Origin: Dehalococcoidia bacterium
Lineage (GTDB): Bacteria; Chloroflexota; Dehalococcoidia; E44-bin15
DNA length: 64,000 nt
Direction: 5' to 3'
Assembly: GCA_041653935.1 (NCBI GenBank)
Contig: JBAZEO010000001.1
Span: forward strand, 618,268-682,267
The notes beneath the pieces are model-generated. The model saw only the letters and a list, made by a program, of their open reading frames with translations, was not told where the DNA came from and did not search any database. The position numbers and the translations under genes were made by a program. This document shows, in pieces, positions 55,749 through 64,000 of this stretch. How positions within the stretch are numbered: the first letter of the stretch is position 1; every line of letters starts with the position of its first letter.

Positions 55749-56650
55749 GTTCGCACATCCCAGTTCTCCTAAATGAAGTTATGGATGCACTTCAGGTGAA
55801 GCCGGATGGGCATTACGTCGACTGTACGCTCGGTGCAGGCGGACACAGCGCTGCCATACTGGAAAGAGGCGGACGAGTCCTAGGCATAGATATCGACCCT
55901 CAGGCTATCGATGTGGCTCGCAATAAGCTGGCCAGCTACGGTGAGAGAGTTAATTTAATCAACAATAGTTTTGAAAACCTGGAAATCATCTGTTCAAAAA
56001 CTAATTTCAGCCCGGTAAACGGCATCCTTTTCGATCTGGGGATGTCTTCCCTTCAAATATCCGACCCCGAAAGAGGATTTAGTTTTCAGAGGGAAGGTCC
56101 TTTAAAGATGTGTTTTAATCCATCAGAGGAATTAACCGCAGAAATAATAGTTAACGATTTCCCTGAAGATGAAATAGCCAGGATCATTAAGCAATATGGT
56201 GAGGAGTCAAGGAGTAAAGCGATAGCCAAGGCTATTGTTTCAAATAGACCGATCAGTACTACAACCCATCTGGCTGCAATAGTATCTAAGGTGGTTGGAT
56301 TTCATGGCAGGATACATCCCGCCACAAAAACCTTTCAAGCCATTCGTATTGCGGTAAATCGAGAGTTGGAACGTATCCAATCTGCGTTAAAGCAAGTAGT
56401 TAATATCCTTATTGTAGGGGGGCGGCTGGTAGTTATCAGCTTCCACTCTCTGGAGGACCGCCTGGTAAAAGACTTTATGAGAACGGAATCCCAGGAATGT
56501 ATCTGCCCTCCAAGAACGCCTGTATGTATATGTAATCATCACGCCAGATTTAAATTAATCACAAAAAAAGTGATTGTGGCCTCAAGCGCCGAGGTTGCAG
56601 CAAATCCCTTGAGCCGAAGCGCAAAGATGAGGATAGCCGAGATGATTTAG
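55745..56650 (+). CDS. rsmH: 16S rRNA (cytosine1402-N4)-methyltransferase RsmH
   Basis: HIPVLLNEV, DCTLGAGGHS, FDLGMSS, SFHSLEDR. ATGA overlap with mraZ. Confidence 0.95.
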   Translation: MSSHIPVLLNEVMDALQVKPDGHYVDCTLGAGGHSAAILERGGRVLGIDIDPQAIDVARNKLASYGERVNLINNSFENLEIICSKTNFSPVNGILFDLGMSSLQISDPERGFSFQREGPLKMCFNPSEELTAEIIVNDFPEDEIARIIKQYGEESRSKAIAKAIVSNRPISTTTHLAAIVSKVVGFHGRIHPATKTFQAIRIAVNRELERIQSALKQVVNILIVGGRLVVISFHSLEDRLVKDFMRTESQECICPPRTPVCICNHHARFKLITKKVIVASSAEVAANPLSRSAKMRIAEMI

Positions 56651-56678
56651 CGTCTCCGAGGAGGCGCTTAGTTTTTTT
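56649..56678 (+). terminator. Intrinsic terminator after rsmH
   Basis: AGCGTCTC..GAGGCGCT hairpin followed by TAGTTTTTTT. Confidence 0.6.
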
Positions 56679-56770
56679 AGATATATAAAATTTAAAACTA
56701 GGGGGTGACACGATGGCATGAGAGCGATTTGGGACCGGAGCAGCAAATTTTTTAAAAAAAGGAGGAGGTA

Positions 56771-57991
56771 ATGGCAAAGAAAAAACAAATAATATCATGT
56801 ATCGATGTGGGGACCACCAAAATCGCCAGCATCATGGCCACCCCTGGGCAAAACGGACTTCAAGTACTGGGGGTTGGGGTTACCCACTCCAAAGGCATGC
56901 ATAAAGGCCTTGTAGTGAATCTCACTGAGGCAAAAGACTCTATTAGAAATTCGGTGAAGCGTGCGGAGCAAGCCAGCGGATATAAAATGGAATCGGCCTA
57001 TGTCGGTGTCACCGGCAGACATATCAACTCCCTCAATAAAAAGGGCGTTATATCAATCTCAAGGAATGACCGACTGGTTCGAACCGATGATTTGAAGCGC
57101 GTGCTGCAATCCGCTCGAACCTTCACCATCCCGAGTGACCATAAGCTGCTCCATGTAATTCCCCGTGGTTATGCCGTTGACGGTCAAGCCGGCGTGAAAA
57201 ATCCCGTTGGTATGCACGGCTCAAGGCTTGACGTCGAAACTCATGTCATCACTGCCGCAGTAGCATCTGTCCAGAACCTGGTCAAATGTGTAAGAGGCGC
57301 AAACGTCGACATAGATGATCTTGTTCTCGAGCCGCTGGCCAGCTCTGAGGCAGTCCTCCGGGAAGATGAAAGAGATGCAGGAGTGGTCCTTGCCGATATA
57401 GGCGGGGGCACTACCGACATCGCTATTTTCAAGGAGGGAAGCATCTGGCACACCGCAATCATACCAGTTGCAGGCTACCAGATCACCCGTGATATAGCCA
57501 TTGGTCTAGGAATGCCGTTTGAAACAGCCGAGCAGATAAAACGCAAATATGGAAGCGTAATGTCGGTCTCAGACAGCGCGGATGGAAGTGCGGTAAACCT
57601 GAACACCAATGGATTTGGGGTCTCATACCAGGACCTCACCGATATCATAAAAGCCAGGGTAGAGGAAATTATCAAACTCATCGCCTTAGAGCTACCTACA
57701 AACTTCCAGAGAGAAGTCCCTGCTGGATTAGTTCTTACGGGCGGCTGCGCCAATCTCAGGGGCATAGCTGCTTTAGGGAATGAGTTACTTGGAATACCAG
57801 TTCGTATCGGCGTCCCGACAGGCATTTACGGCCTCGCCGATATCCTCCCCGACCCCACTTTTGCTACCGGTGTCGGACTGCTACTCTGGGGCGCGAACCA
57901 ACAAGAGGGCTCACAGGGCTGGAAAACGCAGGGACTAAGCGAATCTTTTAAACGTTTCGTAGTCCGGATGCGCAATTTGGTAGCCAAGTAA
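56771..57991 (+). CDS. ftsA: Cell division protein FtsA
   Basis: 406 aa actin-fold. IDVGTTKI, DIGGGTTDIAIF. GGAGGAGG RBS. Confidence 0.94.
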   Translation: MAKKKQIISCIDVGTTKIASIMATPGQNGLQVLGVGVTHSKGMHKGLVVNLTEAKDSIRNSVKRAEQASGYKMESAYVGVTGRHINSLNKKGVISISRNDRLVRTDDLKRVLQSARTFTIPSDHKLLHVIPRGYAVDGQAGVKNPVGMHGSRLDVETHVITAAVASVQNLVKCVRGANVDIDDLVLEPLASSEAVLREDERDAGVVLADIGGGTTDIAIFKEGSIWHTAIIPVAGYQITRDIAIGLGMPFETAEQIKRKYGSVMSVSDSADGSAVNLNTNGFGVSYQDLTDIIKARVEEIIKLIALELPTNFQREVPAGLVLTGGCANLRGIAALGNELLGIPVRIGVPTGIYGLADILPDPTFATGVGLLLWGANQQEGSQGWKTQGLSESFKRFVVRMRNLVAK

Positions 57992-58022
57992 TATTAAGGA
58001 AAGGTAGTGAAAGGAGGAAAAA

Positions 58023-59153
58023 ATGGCAAAACCAGGATTTGTCCCCAACCCAGCAAAAATTAAGGTTTTAGGACTAGGCGGAGGCGGATGCAACGCCGTT
58101 TCCCGAATGGTTCAAGCAGATATTCAAGGTGTCGACTTCATAGGTGTAAACACTGACGCCCAGGCGTTACTGCGCATGGAAGCCCCCACCAGGATTCAGG
58201 TCGGCGAGAAGCTCACCCGAGGTCTAGGAGTAGGAGGCGACCACAACATGGGCATGAAGGCAGCAGAGCAGAGCCGCGATGAGCTGCGGGCTGCTGTTGG
58301 CGATGCCGACATGATTTTCCTTGCAGCAGGAATGGGCGGCGGTTCCGGCACAGGTATCGCGCCGGTAGTAGCCGAGCTGGCCAAAGAGGCCGGGGCCCTG
58401 ACGATTGCAGTTTGCACCAAGCCCTTCACATTTGAGGGAGTACACAGAGCGGAAGTAGCTGAGGACGGCATCTCTCGCCTAATAGAAAAAGTAGACACAC
58501 TGATAACGATACCGAACGATCGCTTGCTAACCCTGTGCGATCAGCGCACCGGCGTGGACATGGCCTTCAAGATGGCTGATGATGTTCTGATGCATGCAGT
58601 GCAGGCCATCGCCGAAGTTATCACCGTCCCAGGCATGATCAACCTCGACTTTGCTGATGTCAAGGCAGTGATGAAAGAGGCCGGACAGGCATGGATGTCT
58701 ATCGGTCATGGCAGCGGTCAACATCGCGCCGTAGATGCCGCTAATGATGCCCTGGCGAGCCCGTTACTGGATGTATCGGTCGACGGAGCAAAAGGCGTTC
58801 TGTTCAACGTCACAGGAGGCGACACGCTCACATTATTCGAAGTGAACGAGGCTGCCGATGTCATACGCAATGCCGTGGACCCGGAAGCGAACATCATATT
58901 CGGTGTGACATTCGATTCATCGCTGGAAAATGAATTGAAGATCACGATGATTGCCACCGGCTTCAATTCCACATACAAGGGCAAGAAGTTAGTAGGCAAG
59001 GATGCAGAGCTACAGAAGCTGATGTCGGGAGAGGATGCCGAATCAGCGCTGGACATCCCAACCTTCTTGCGCAGCCCAATGGCCAAGCGCCAGATGATGG
59101 AGAATACCCCGGCACCCGAGCCAAAGAAGAGTGTTTTCCGTCTGCGCAAATAG
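58023..59153 (+). CDS. ftsZ: Cell division protein FtsZ
   Basis: GLGGGGCNAV, tubulin signature GMGGGSGTG, NDRL. C-terminal DIPTFLR peptide. Confidence 0.97.
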   Translation: MAKPGFVPNPAKIKVLGLGGGGCNAVSRMVQADIQGVDFIGVNTDAQALLRMEAPTRIQVGEKLTRGLGVGGDHNMGMKAAEQSRDELRAAVGDADMIFLAAGMGGGSGTGIAPVVAELAKEAGALTIAVCTKPFTFEGVHRAEVAEDGISRLIEKVDTLITIPNDRLLTLCDQRTGVDMAFKMADDVLMHAVQAIAEVITVPGMINLDFADVKAVMKEAGQAWMSIGHGSGQHRAVDAANDALASPLLDVSVDGAKGVLFNVTGGDTLTLFEVNEAADVIRNAVDPEANIIFGVTFDSSLENELKITMIATGFNSTYKGKKLVGKDAELQKLMSGEDAESALDIPTFLRSPMAKRQMMENTPAPEPKKSVFRLRK

Positions 59154-59189
59154 TACCTGTTTATAATCCCGACCACACTTGGATTATTT

Positions 59190-59233
59190 GTAAGGCCGTA
59201 GGTCAGTAAACGATCTACGGCCTTACTGTTTTT
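59190..59233 (+). terminator. Intrinsic terminator after ftsZ
   Basis: Perfect 12-bp stem GTAAGGCCGTAG / CTACGGCCTTAC followed by TGTTTTT. Confidence 0.85.
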
Positions 59234-59353
59234 ATGTTCAAGCATTGAAAACATAATTCTATCTATTCAACTTCTTCATGAGACGACGAAATTAATATTT
59301 GACCACGGTTTAAGGTACCTCTCATCCGACCCACTACGGCTAGATACAAAGTA

Positions 59354-59408
59354 TTGACAAACCACTATATATTGTGGTATCTTTTCCGCACCCCTCAATA
59401 TGATGTGT
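59354..59408 (+). promoter_or_regulatory. nrdR-nrdJ promoter with two NrdR boxes
   Basis: TTGACA (59354-59359), 18 nt, TGgTATCTT extended -10 (59375-59383). Box 1 CCACTATATATTGTGG (59362-59377) matches acaCwAtATaTwGtgt at 14 of 16. Box 2 CCTCAATATGATGTGT (59393-59408) matches at about 11 of 16. Centres are 31 bp apart. Confidence 0.7.
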
Positions 59409-59416
59409 CACTTAAG

Positions 59417-60040
59417 ATGAAATGTCCGTATTGCAGTTATAACGATTCTAAGGTCGTGGACTCACGCAATGTCAACGATACTATAAGGCGGCGCCGTGAG
59501 TGCTTAAAATGTGACGCGCGTTTTACCACATATGAAAGACTACAAACCACATCTCTTATGGTAGTAAAAAAAGATGGCCGGCATGAAGAGTTCAGCAGGA
59601 ATAAGCTGACTAATGGCATAAGGATGGCCTGCGCCAAGCGTCCGGTTTCTCAGGAAACAATAGAGCAAATGGTCGATGAAATAGAACTTCAGTTACGGAA
59701 ATCGGGAAGCGTTGAGGTCCCAGCATCGATAATTGGAGATATCGTTATGGAGCGTCTTCGCAAACTGGATGGGATCGCTTACATACGATTCGCCAGCGTT
59801 TATCGCAACTTCACCGACATAGACGAAGTCCGCGCCGAAGCCGATGCCTATGCCAGACAAGCGCCTCTGCAGAATTCCACTACCCAGCTACATTTGTTCG
59901 CCGACAGAGAGATCGGCTTGATAGATAGCAATACTTCGATTTCTACTAAGTTAATACGAAAATCTCAGGAGAAGAATAATGGCAGCAAACTCGGCCAGAA
60001 AAAACAGCGCACTTCCGTTTCAAAGCAGAATAGCCAATGA
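59417..60040 (+). CDS. nrdR: Transcriptional repressor NrdR with about 55-aa C-terminal extension
   Basis: MKCPYC...CLKC zinc ribbon then ATP-cone (KRPVS...IAYIRFASVY). 207 aa versus the usual 150 or so. Track start 59354 lies inside the promoter. Confidence 0.9.
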   Translation: MKCPYCSYNDSKVVDSRNVNDTIRRRRECLKCDARFTTYERLQTTSLMVVKKDGRHEEFSRNKLTNGIRMACAKRPVSQETIEQMVDEIELQLRKSGSVEVPASIIGDIVMERLRKLDGIAYIRFASVYRNFTDIDEVRAEADAYARQAPLQNSTTQLHLFADREIGLIDSNTSISTKLIRKSQEKNNGSKLGQKKQRTSVSKQNSQ

Positions 60041-62702
60041 GGTGTTCCGCTACTGTGAATCTGAAGGTATATCGGACCGCGGTCTGATGGATCAATTTAC
60101 GGAGCTTGTGATGCAGCATCTGGAACAGGAATATCAGAGATTCCCAGGGATGGATGTAGACATCCCTGAGTGGCGGCTAGGTCCCGGGGATATTCGAAAC
60201 GCGTTGAAAAAAGTTATCGCTGAGCAAAACGAGGCTTCAAAAGCTGTAAAGCCGCAGAAGATTGAAACCAAGCATGAAGCCAAGCGTGAAATCAAAGAGA
60301 AACCGATTGAAGTAAAACCGGCTGAATCAAAACAAGAAATTAAAAACAAGCCCGAGGAGAAATCTCTTGAAGAAAAACCGGCTGAAACCGTGAAGAAAAG
60401 TCCAAAGACAGCCATGCCGAAGAAAAGGAAAACAAAGACAGTTAGAACTAGAATCGCTACTGCTTTAGAGACAGTAAAATTCTCGGAAAACGCGATGAGG
60501 GTGCTTGAAAAGAGATACCTGAAAACCGACGAGCAAGGCAAAGCCATCGAGACGCCGCACGATATGTTCAGGCGCGTAGCTCATAACATTGCTTCTGCCG
60601 AAATCATATACGGATCAAAAGAGGATGCCGAATATTGGGAGGAAGAGTTCTACCGATTGATAGCAAATCTTGAATTTTTGCCTAACTCCCCTACCCTGAT
60701 GAATGCCGGCCGCGAGCTGCAGCAGCTCTCCGCGTGCTTCGTCCTGCCGATCAACGATTCAATGGACGGAATATTTGATGCTATCAAATACACTGCTCTC
60801 ATTCATAAGAGTGGAGGCGGCACCGGCTTTTCATTCTCAAGGTTAAGGCCTGAGGGTGACACCGTTGGTTCCACAGGAAAGGTAGCCAGCGGCCCTGTTT
60901 CTTTTATGAAGGTATTTGATGCAGCCACAGATGTCATCAAGCAGGGAGGGATGCGCCGCGGCGCCAATATGGCCATCCTCAGCGTAAACCATCCGGATAT
61001 AGAGAGATTTATCACGGCAAAGGAAAAGGAAGATACCCTGACCAATTTCAATCTCTCGGTTGCAGTAACCGACGAGTTTATGAAAGCAGCGGAAGCCGGC
61101 AGTGACTATAATCTCATTAATCCCAAAGATGGATCGGTATATGGACAGCTCAACGCAAAACACGTTTTCAACACGATTGTTGAGATGGCATGGCGTACCG
61201 GCGATCCCGGTCTTATTTTCATCGACCGGATAAACAGGGACAACCCCAATAAAAACCTCGGGGTTATCGAGAGCACAAATCCCTGCGGAGAACAACCCCT
61301 GTTACCCTACGAGTCATGCAACCTGGGCTCAATCAACCTGGCCCGTATGGTAAACGCCGAAAAGAAGGGGGTTGATTATGACAAGTTGGGTAAAGCGGTA
61401 AAAACCGCGGTAAGATTCCTGGACAATGTTATCGATAAAAACAAGTTTCCTCTGCCTGAAATAGAGACGATGACGAAAAAGACGCGAAAGATCGGATTGG
61501 GGATCATGGGATTCGCCGATTTGTTAATAAAGTTAGGTATCCCCTACGATTCTAAAGAAGCTTTAAAGACTGCTGAAAGTGTAATGAAGTTCATTGATGA
61601 GACTGCAACCGATGCATCAGTAAATCTTGCAGAAGAAAGAGGTGTTTTCCCGGCATTCGATGGCAGCGAATACGGAATAAAAGGCGGCCCGAGGGTACGA
61701 AATGCAACACGCACGACTATCGCCCCGACCGGAACATTGAGCATTATAGCTAATTGTTCGAGCGGGATTGAGCCGCTTTTTGCGCTGAGCTACATACGCA
61801 ACATTCTGGATGGCGACGCATTAGTGGAGGTCAATCCCTATTTTGACGAGATAGCCCGCAAAGAAGCTTTCTATTCAGATAAACTAATGAAAGATCTGGC
61901 CAGTAAAGGAAGCCTTCATGGCATCGACGGTATACCGCCAGCAATAGCCAAGGTGTTCGTCACCGCCCACGACATTAGTCCGGAATGGCATGTTAAGATG
62001 CAAGCCGCTTTCCAAAAATACACCGATAACGCCGTCTCAAAAACAATAAACTTCCCTCAGAATGCAACCAAGGATAATATTTCGCAGGCTTATTTGATGG
62101 CATATAGCGAGGGCTGTAAGGGAATAACTATATATAGGGATAAAAGCAAGGACAAGCAGGTACTGAATGTTTCAGGAAAACATAAAGAGGAGGCAATCAG
62201 GGCTCTCGCGCCCAGAAAGCGGTCACGAGTTACCAATGGGGTTACGGAAAGGGTGGCCACCGGCTGCGGCAACATCTACGTGACCGTCAACTCCGATGAG
62301 CACGGCATCTGCGAAGTATTCTCCAGCCTTGGCAAAGCAGGCGGCTGCGCTTCGGCACAACTAGAATCCACATGCAGGCTAATCTCCCTGGCATTGAGGT
62401 CAGGTGTGGACGCTTCCGCAGTGGTCAAACACATTCGCGGCATAAGGTGCCCATCGATCGCCTGGGAACAAGGCCATTCAATACTCTCCTGCCCTGATGC
62501 TATAGCCAGTGTGCTCGGAAATAGGATAGGCCTTGATAGTGACAAGACTGCCATTGACAGTATACCTAAGAAACTTATTAATGAGGTTAATTCCACGCCC
62601 ACAGTGAATATGGGGGGCCAGTGCCCTGATTGCGGAGGGTTGTTGGTGTATCAGGAGGGATGCCAGATTTGTCACAGTTGCGGCTATACAAAATGCAGTT
62701 AG
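59979..62702 (+). CDS. nrdJ: Class II (adenosylcobalamin-dependent) ribonucleotide reductase NrdJ with about 165-aa N-terminal extension
   Basis: Core from FSENAMRVLEKRYL onward. TNPCGEQPL active-site loop, C-terminal CPDCGG...CQICHSCG zinc ribbon. ATG 59979 has a GGAG RBS 7 nt upstream and overlaps the nrdR tail by 62 nt. Alternative internal starts at 60087, 60111, 60150 and 60414 lack a good RBS. Confidence 0.88.
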   Translation: MAANSARKNSALPFQSRIANEVFRYCESEGISDRGLMDQFTELVMQHLEQEYQRFPGMDVDIPEWRLGPGDIRNALKKVIAEQNEASKAVKPQKIETKHEAKREIKEKPIEVKPAESKQEIKNKPEEKSLEEKPAETVKKSPKTAMPKKRKTKTVRTRIATALETVKFSENAMRVLEKRYLKTDEQGKAIETPHDMFRRVAHNIASAEIIYGSKEDAEYWEEEFYRLIANLEFLPNSPTLMNAGRELQQLSACFVLPINDSMDGIFDAIKYTALIHKSGGGTGFSFSRLRPEGDTVGSTGKVASGPVSFMKVFDAATDVIKQGGMRRGANMAILSVNHPDIERFITAKEKEDTLTNFNLSVAVTDEFMKAAEAGSDYNLINPKDGSVYGQLNAKHVFNTIVEMAWRTGDPGLIFIDRINRDNPNKNLGVIESTNPCGEQPLLPYESCNLGSINLARMVNAEKKGVDYDKLGKAVKTAVRFLDNVIDKNKFPLPEIETMTKKTRKIGLGIMGFADLLIKLGIPYDSKEALKTAESVMKFIDETATDASVNLAEERGVFPAFDGSEYGIKGGPRVRNATRTTIAPTGTLSIIANCSSGIEPLFALSYIRNILDGDALVEVNPYFDEIARKEAFYSDKLMKDLASKGSLHGIDGIPPAIAKVFVTAHDISPEWHVKMQAAFQKYTDNAVSKTINFPQNATKDNISQAYLMAYSEGCKGITIYRDKSKDKQVLNVSGKHKEEAIRALAPRKRSRVTNGVTERVATGCGNIYVTVNSDEHGICEVFSSLGKAGGCASAQLESTCRLISLALRSGVDASAVVKHIRGIRCPSIAWEQGHSILSCPDAIASVLGNRIGLDSDKTAIDSIPKKLINEVNSTPTVNMGGQCPDCGGLLVYQEGCQICHSCGYTKCS

Positions 62703-62718
62703 AAGTGAGGGGTGTATA

Positions 62719-62964
62719 ATGCCTAATGATGCCTATATCATTCTGGGTATGGCTGGTTTTTTCTTTCTAATGTTCGCAATTGCGTTCTTAAGAGCCAATG
62801 CCGATGATAGAAAGATCGATGACGCTATCTCTCAGCGTAAAGACGTAAAAGGCTTCGGCTCTTTTCACGTTGAAAGCAGTTCTCTGCGTATCGGCGGCTG
62901 GATTTGCCTTTTGATAGCAGTTGTATTATTCATAATGGGCGTCGCGTTCCTAGCTACTCAATGA
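62719..62964 (+). CDS. Small membrane protein (2 TM)
   Basis: 81 aa, two hydrophobic helices flanking a charged loop, GAGGGG RBS. Confidence 0.55.
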   Translation: MPNDAYIILGMAGFFFLMFAIAFLRANADDRKIDDAISQRKDVKGFGSFHVESSSLRIGGWICLLIAVVLFIMGVAFLATQ

Positions 62965-62974
62965 GGAGGGAATA

Positions 62975-63205
62975 TTGGCACAAAAGAATGACCATCTCAC
63001 AAAAGATAAGGCACAGTCTCTAGAACAGCTCCAGCAAAAGATGGACAACCTGGACCAGCGCCTCGACGATATCGATACCACGGTCAGTGCTATCGCCGAG
63101 CGAGCGATGTCACGACCGATCAATCTGACAATGACCTGCCCCGGCTGCGGCAAAGTTATTGAGATCGCCATTGTAGGCAACGGGAAAATGATCCGGCAAC
63201 CGTGA
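62975..63205 (+). CDS. Small coiled-coil protein with single CPGCG knuckle
   Basis: 76 aa. TTG start 4 nt after a GAGGAGGG RBS. LEQLQQKMDNLDQRLDDIDT helix. Confidence 0.45.
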   Translation: MAQKNDHLTKDKAQSLEQLQQKMDNLDQRLDDIDTTVSAIAERAMSRPINLTMTCPGCGKVIEIAIVGNGKMIRQP

Positions 63206-63214
63206 TTGCGTGAC

Positions 63215-64000
63215 ATGAACGGAGATAATCCATCTCGATTATGGCTCTCCCAGGAGCAAGGTACAACCATCAAGGATTGGGGTGGAAGGATACCAATCGC
63301 TTTAATATTCTCCAACACATACCATGTAGGTATGTCAAGCCTCGGGTTTCAGACGATATACAATCTGCTAAACAGCTACAGCAATATAGTATGTGAACGT
63401 GTATTTCAGAAGGGAAACGGCAAAAGCATCGAATCAGGACGGCCATTAGATGATTTTGCGTTCCTCGCGTTTTCCATATCCAACGAATTGGATTACTTCA
63501 ATGCAGTGGAGATACTGGCTTCAAGCTCCATACCCCTGCAATCAACCGAGCGAGGCCCCTCACATCCTATAATAATATCTGGAGGGCCCTGCATCACGGC
63601 AAACCCAGAGCCGCTGGCTCCTTTTTTCGATGTGTTCGCTATCGGAGAAGGCGAGGTTGTTCTGCCTCCATTGATCAAAGCCATAACCGAAATGGCAGGA
63701 GAGAGCCGCGACGCATTATTAAAAGCAATTTCCAAGATTAACGGGATGTATGTACCGCAATTCCACAGCGGCGAGCCGGTAACCAGGCAATGGTCACGCA
63801 ATATAGATGATTTCGCTACAACCTCCGCTATATTAACCCCGAATACCGAATTCAGTAATATGTACCTGATCGAGATCGCACGCGGCTGCCCCTGGGGCTG
63901 CCGCTTCTGCCTAGCCGGCTACCTGTTCCGACCGTTCCGCTTCCGCTCTGCAGCTAACCTGTTAAATCAGTGTAAACAGGGGCTTGAGCTCACTCATAAG
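63215..64000 (+). CDS. Radical SAM protein with N-terminal B12-binding-like domain, 3-prime end beyond window
   Basis: Hand-translated open frame from ATG 63215 to the window end: MNGDNPSRLWLSQEQGTT...IIISGGPCITANPEP...IEIARGCPWGCRFCLAGY (CxxxCxxC radical SAM cluster motif). Absent from the track because no stop is reached. Confidence 0.8.
   Translation, partial: MNGDNPSRLWLSQEQGTTIKDWGGRIPIALIFSNTYHVGMSSLGFQTIYNLLNSYSNIVCERVFQKGNGKSIESGRPLDDFAFLAFSISNELDYFNAVEILASSSIPLQSTERGPSHPIIISGGPCITANPEPLAPFFDVFAIGEGEVVLPPLIKAITEMAGESRDALLKAISKINGMYVPQFHSGEPVTRQWSRNIDDFATTSAILTPNTEFSNMYLIEIARGCPWGCRFCLAGYLFRPFRFRSAANLLNQCKQGLELTHK

Noticed and set aside
1-64000. Reductive dehalogenase (rdhAB) genes, CODH (cooS/acsA), tRNA/rRNA genes, CRISPR arrays, transposases
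   Set aside because: These were looked for because of the Dehalococcoidia-like context and the ssrA hotspot. No ORF has a twin-arginine leader plus double 4Fe-4S RdhA pattern or CooS motifs. Apart from ssrA, no intergenic gap is long or structured enough for these RNA genes or arrays.

Overview
Gene-dense 64-kb bacterial chromosomal window with about 62 protein genes and one tmRNA. I saw no rRNA, tRNA, CRISPR array, transposase or integrase. All calls come from reading the supplied translations and the DNA by eye; no database search was run, so family names are motif-level recognitions. Gene content suggests (inference) a Chloroflexota/Dehalococcoidia-like organism: an acetyl-CoA synthase plus corrinoid Fe-S protein cluster with no CODH catalytic subunit beside it, a division cluster reduced to mraZ-rsmH-ftsA-ftsZ with no peptidoglycan genes, an archaeal-type phosphoglycerate mutase, and a class II (B12) ribonucleotide reductase. 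Gene order: (1) pgk-apgM-tpiA-miaA-hflX. (2) A tiny Cys-rich ORF, ctpA, and smpB-ssrA. (3) A 1.3-kb three-gene islet bounded by a duplicated copy of the tmRNA 3-prime end and terminator. (4) A thiol-redox operon (Zn-ribbon, glutaredoxin-like, ferredoxin:thioredoxin-reductase-rubredoxin fusion) and a DUF3795 gene. (5) A GC-rich acsB-acsD-acsC-cooC-acsE cluster flanked by hairpin-rich repeats. (6) mutL and mutS. (7) Three GT-C-fold membrane glycosyltransferases plus a flippase-like protein. (8) A 20-gene run, all on the minus strand, from 41.6 kb down to 28.3 kb; its upstream part (DUF3467 start at 39.4 kb onward) holds the repair-like genes. The run holds DUF3467 and NurA-like genes, four accessory genes, a HAS-barrel protein, a HerA-like ATPase, a membrane protein, the pabB-pabA-pabC operon and ftsY (the crotonase gene at 39.6-40.5 kb lies upstream on the same strand). 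(9) Crotonase, HDAC-like amidohydrolase, a P-type ATPase with a structured leader, secDF, cca, def, priA, rplS-trmD and mogA. (10) A Pro/Thr-linker lipoprotein, the minimal dcw cluster, nrdR-nrdJ, two small genes and a radical SAM gene running off the window. The most unusual parts are the split NurA/HerA-like module with non-canonical partners, the CODH-less GC-rich ACS island, the ssrA-delimited islet, the GT-C glycosylation cluster and the N-terminally extended NrdJ that overlaps nrdR.
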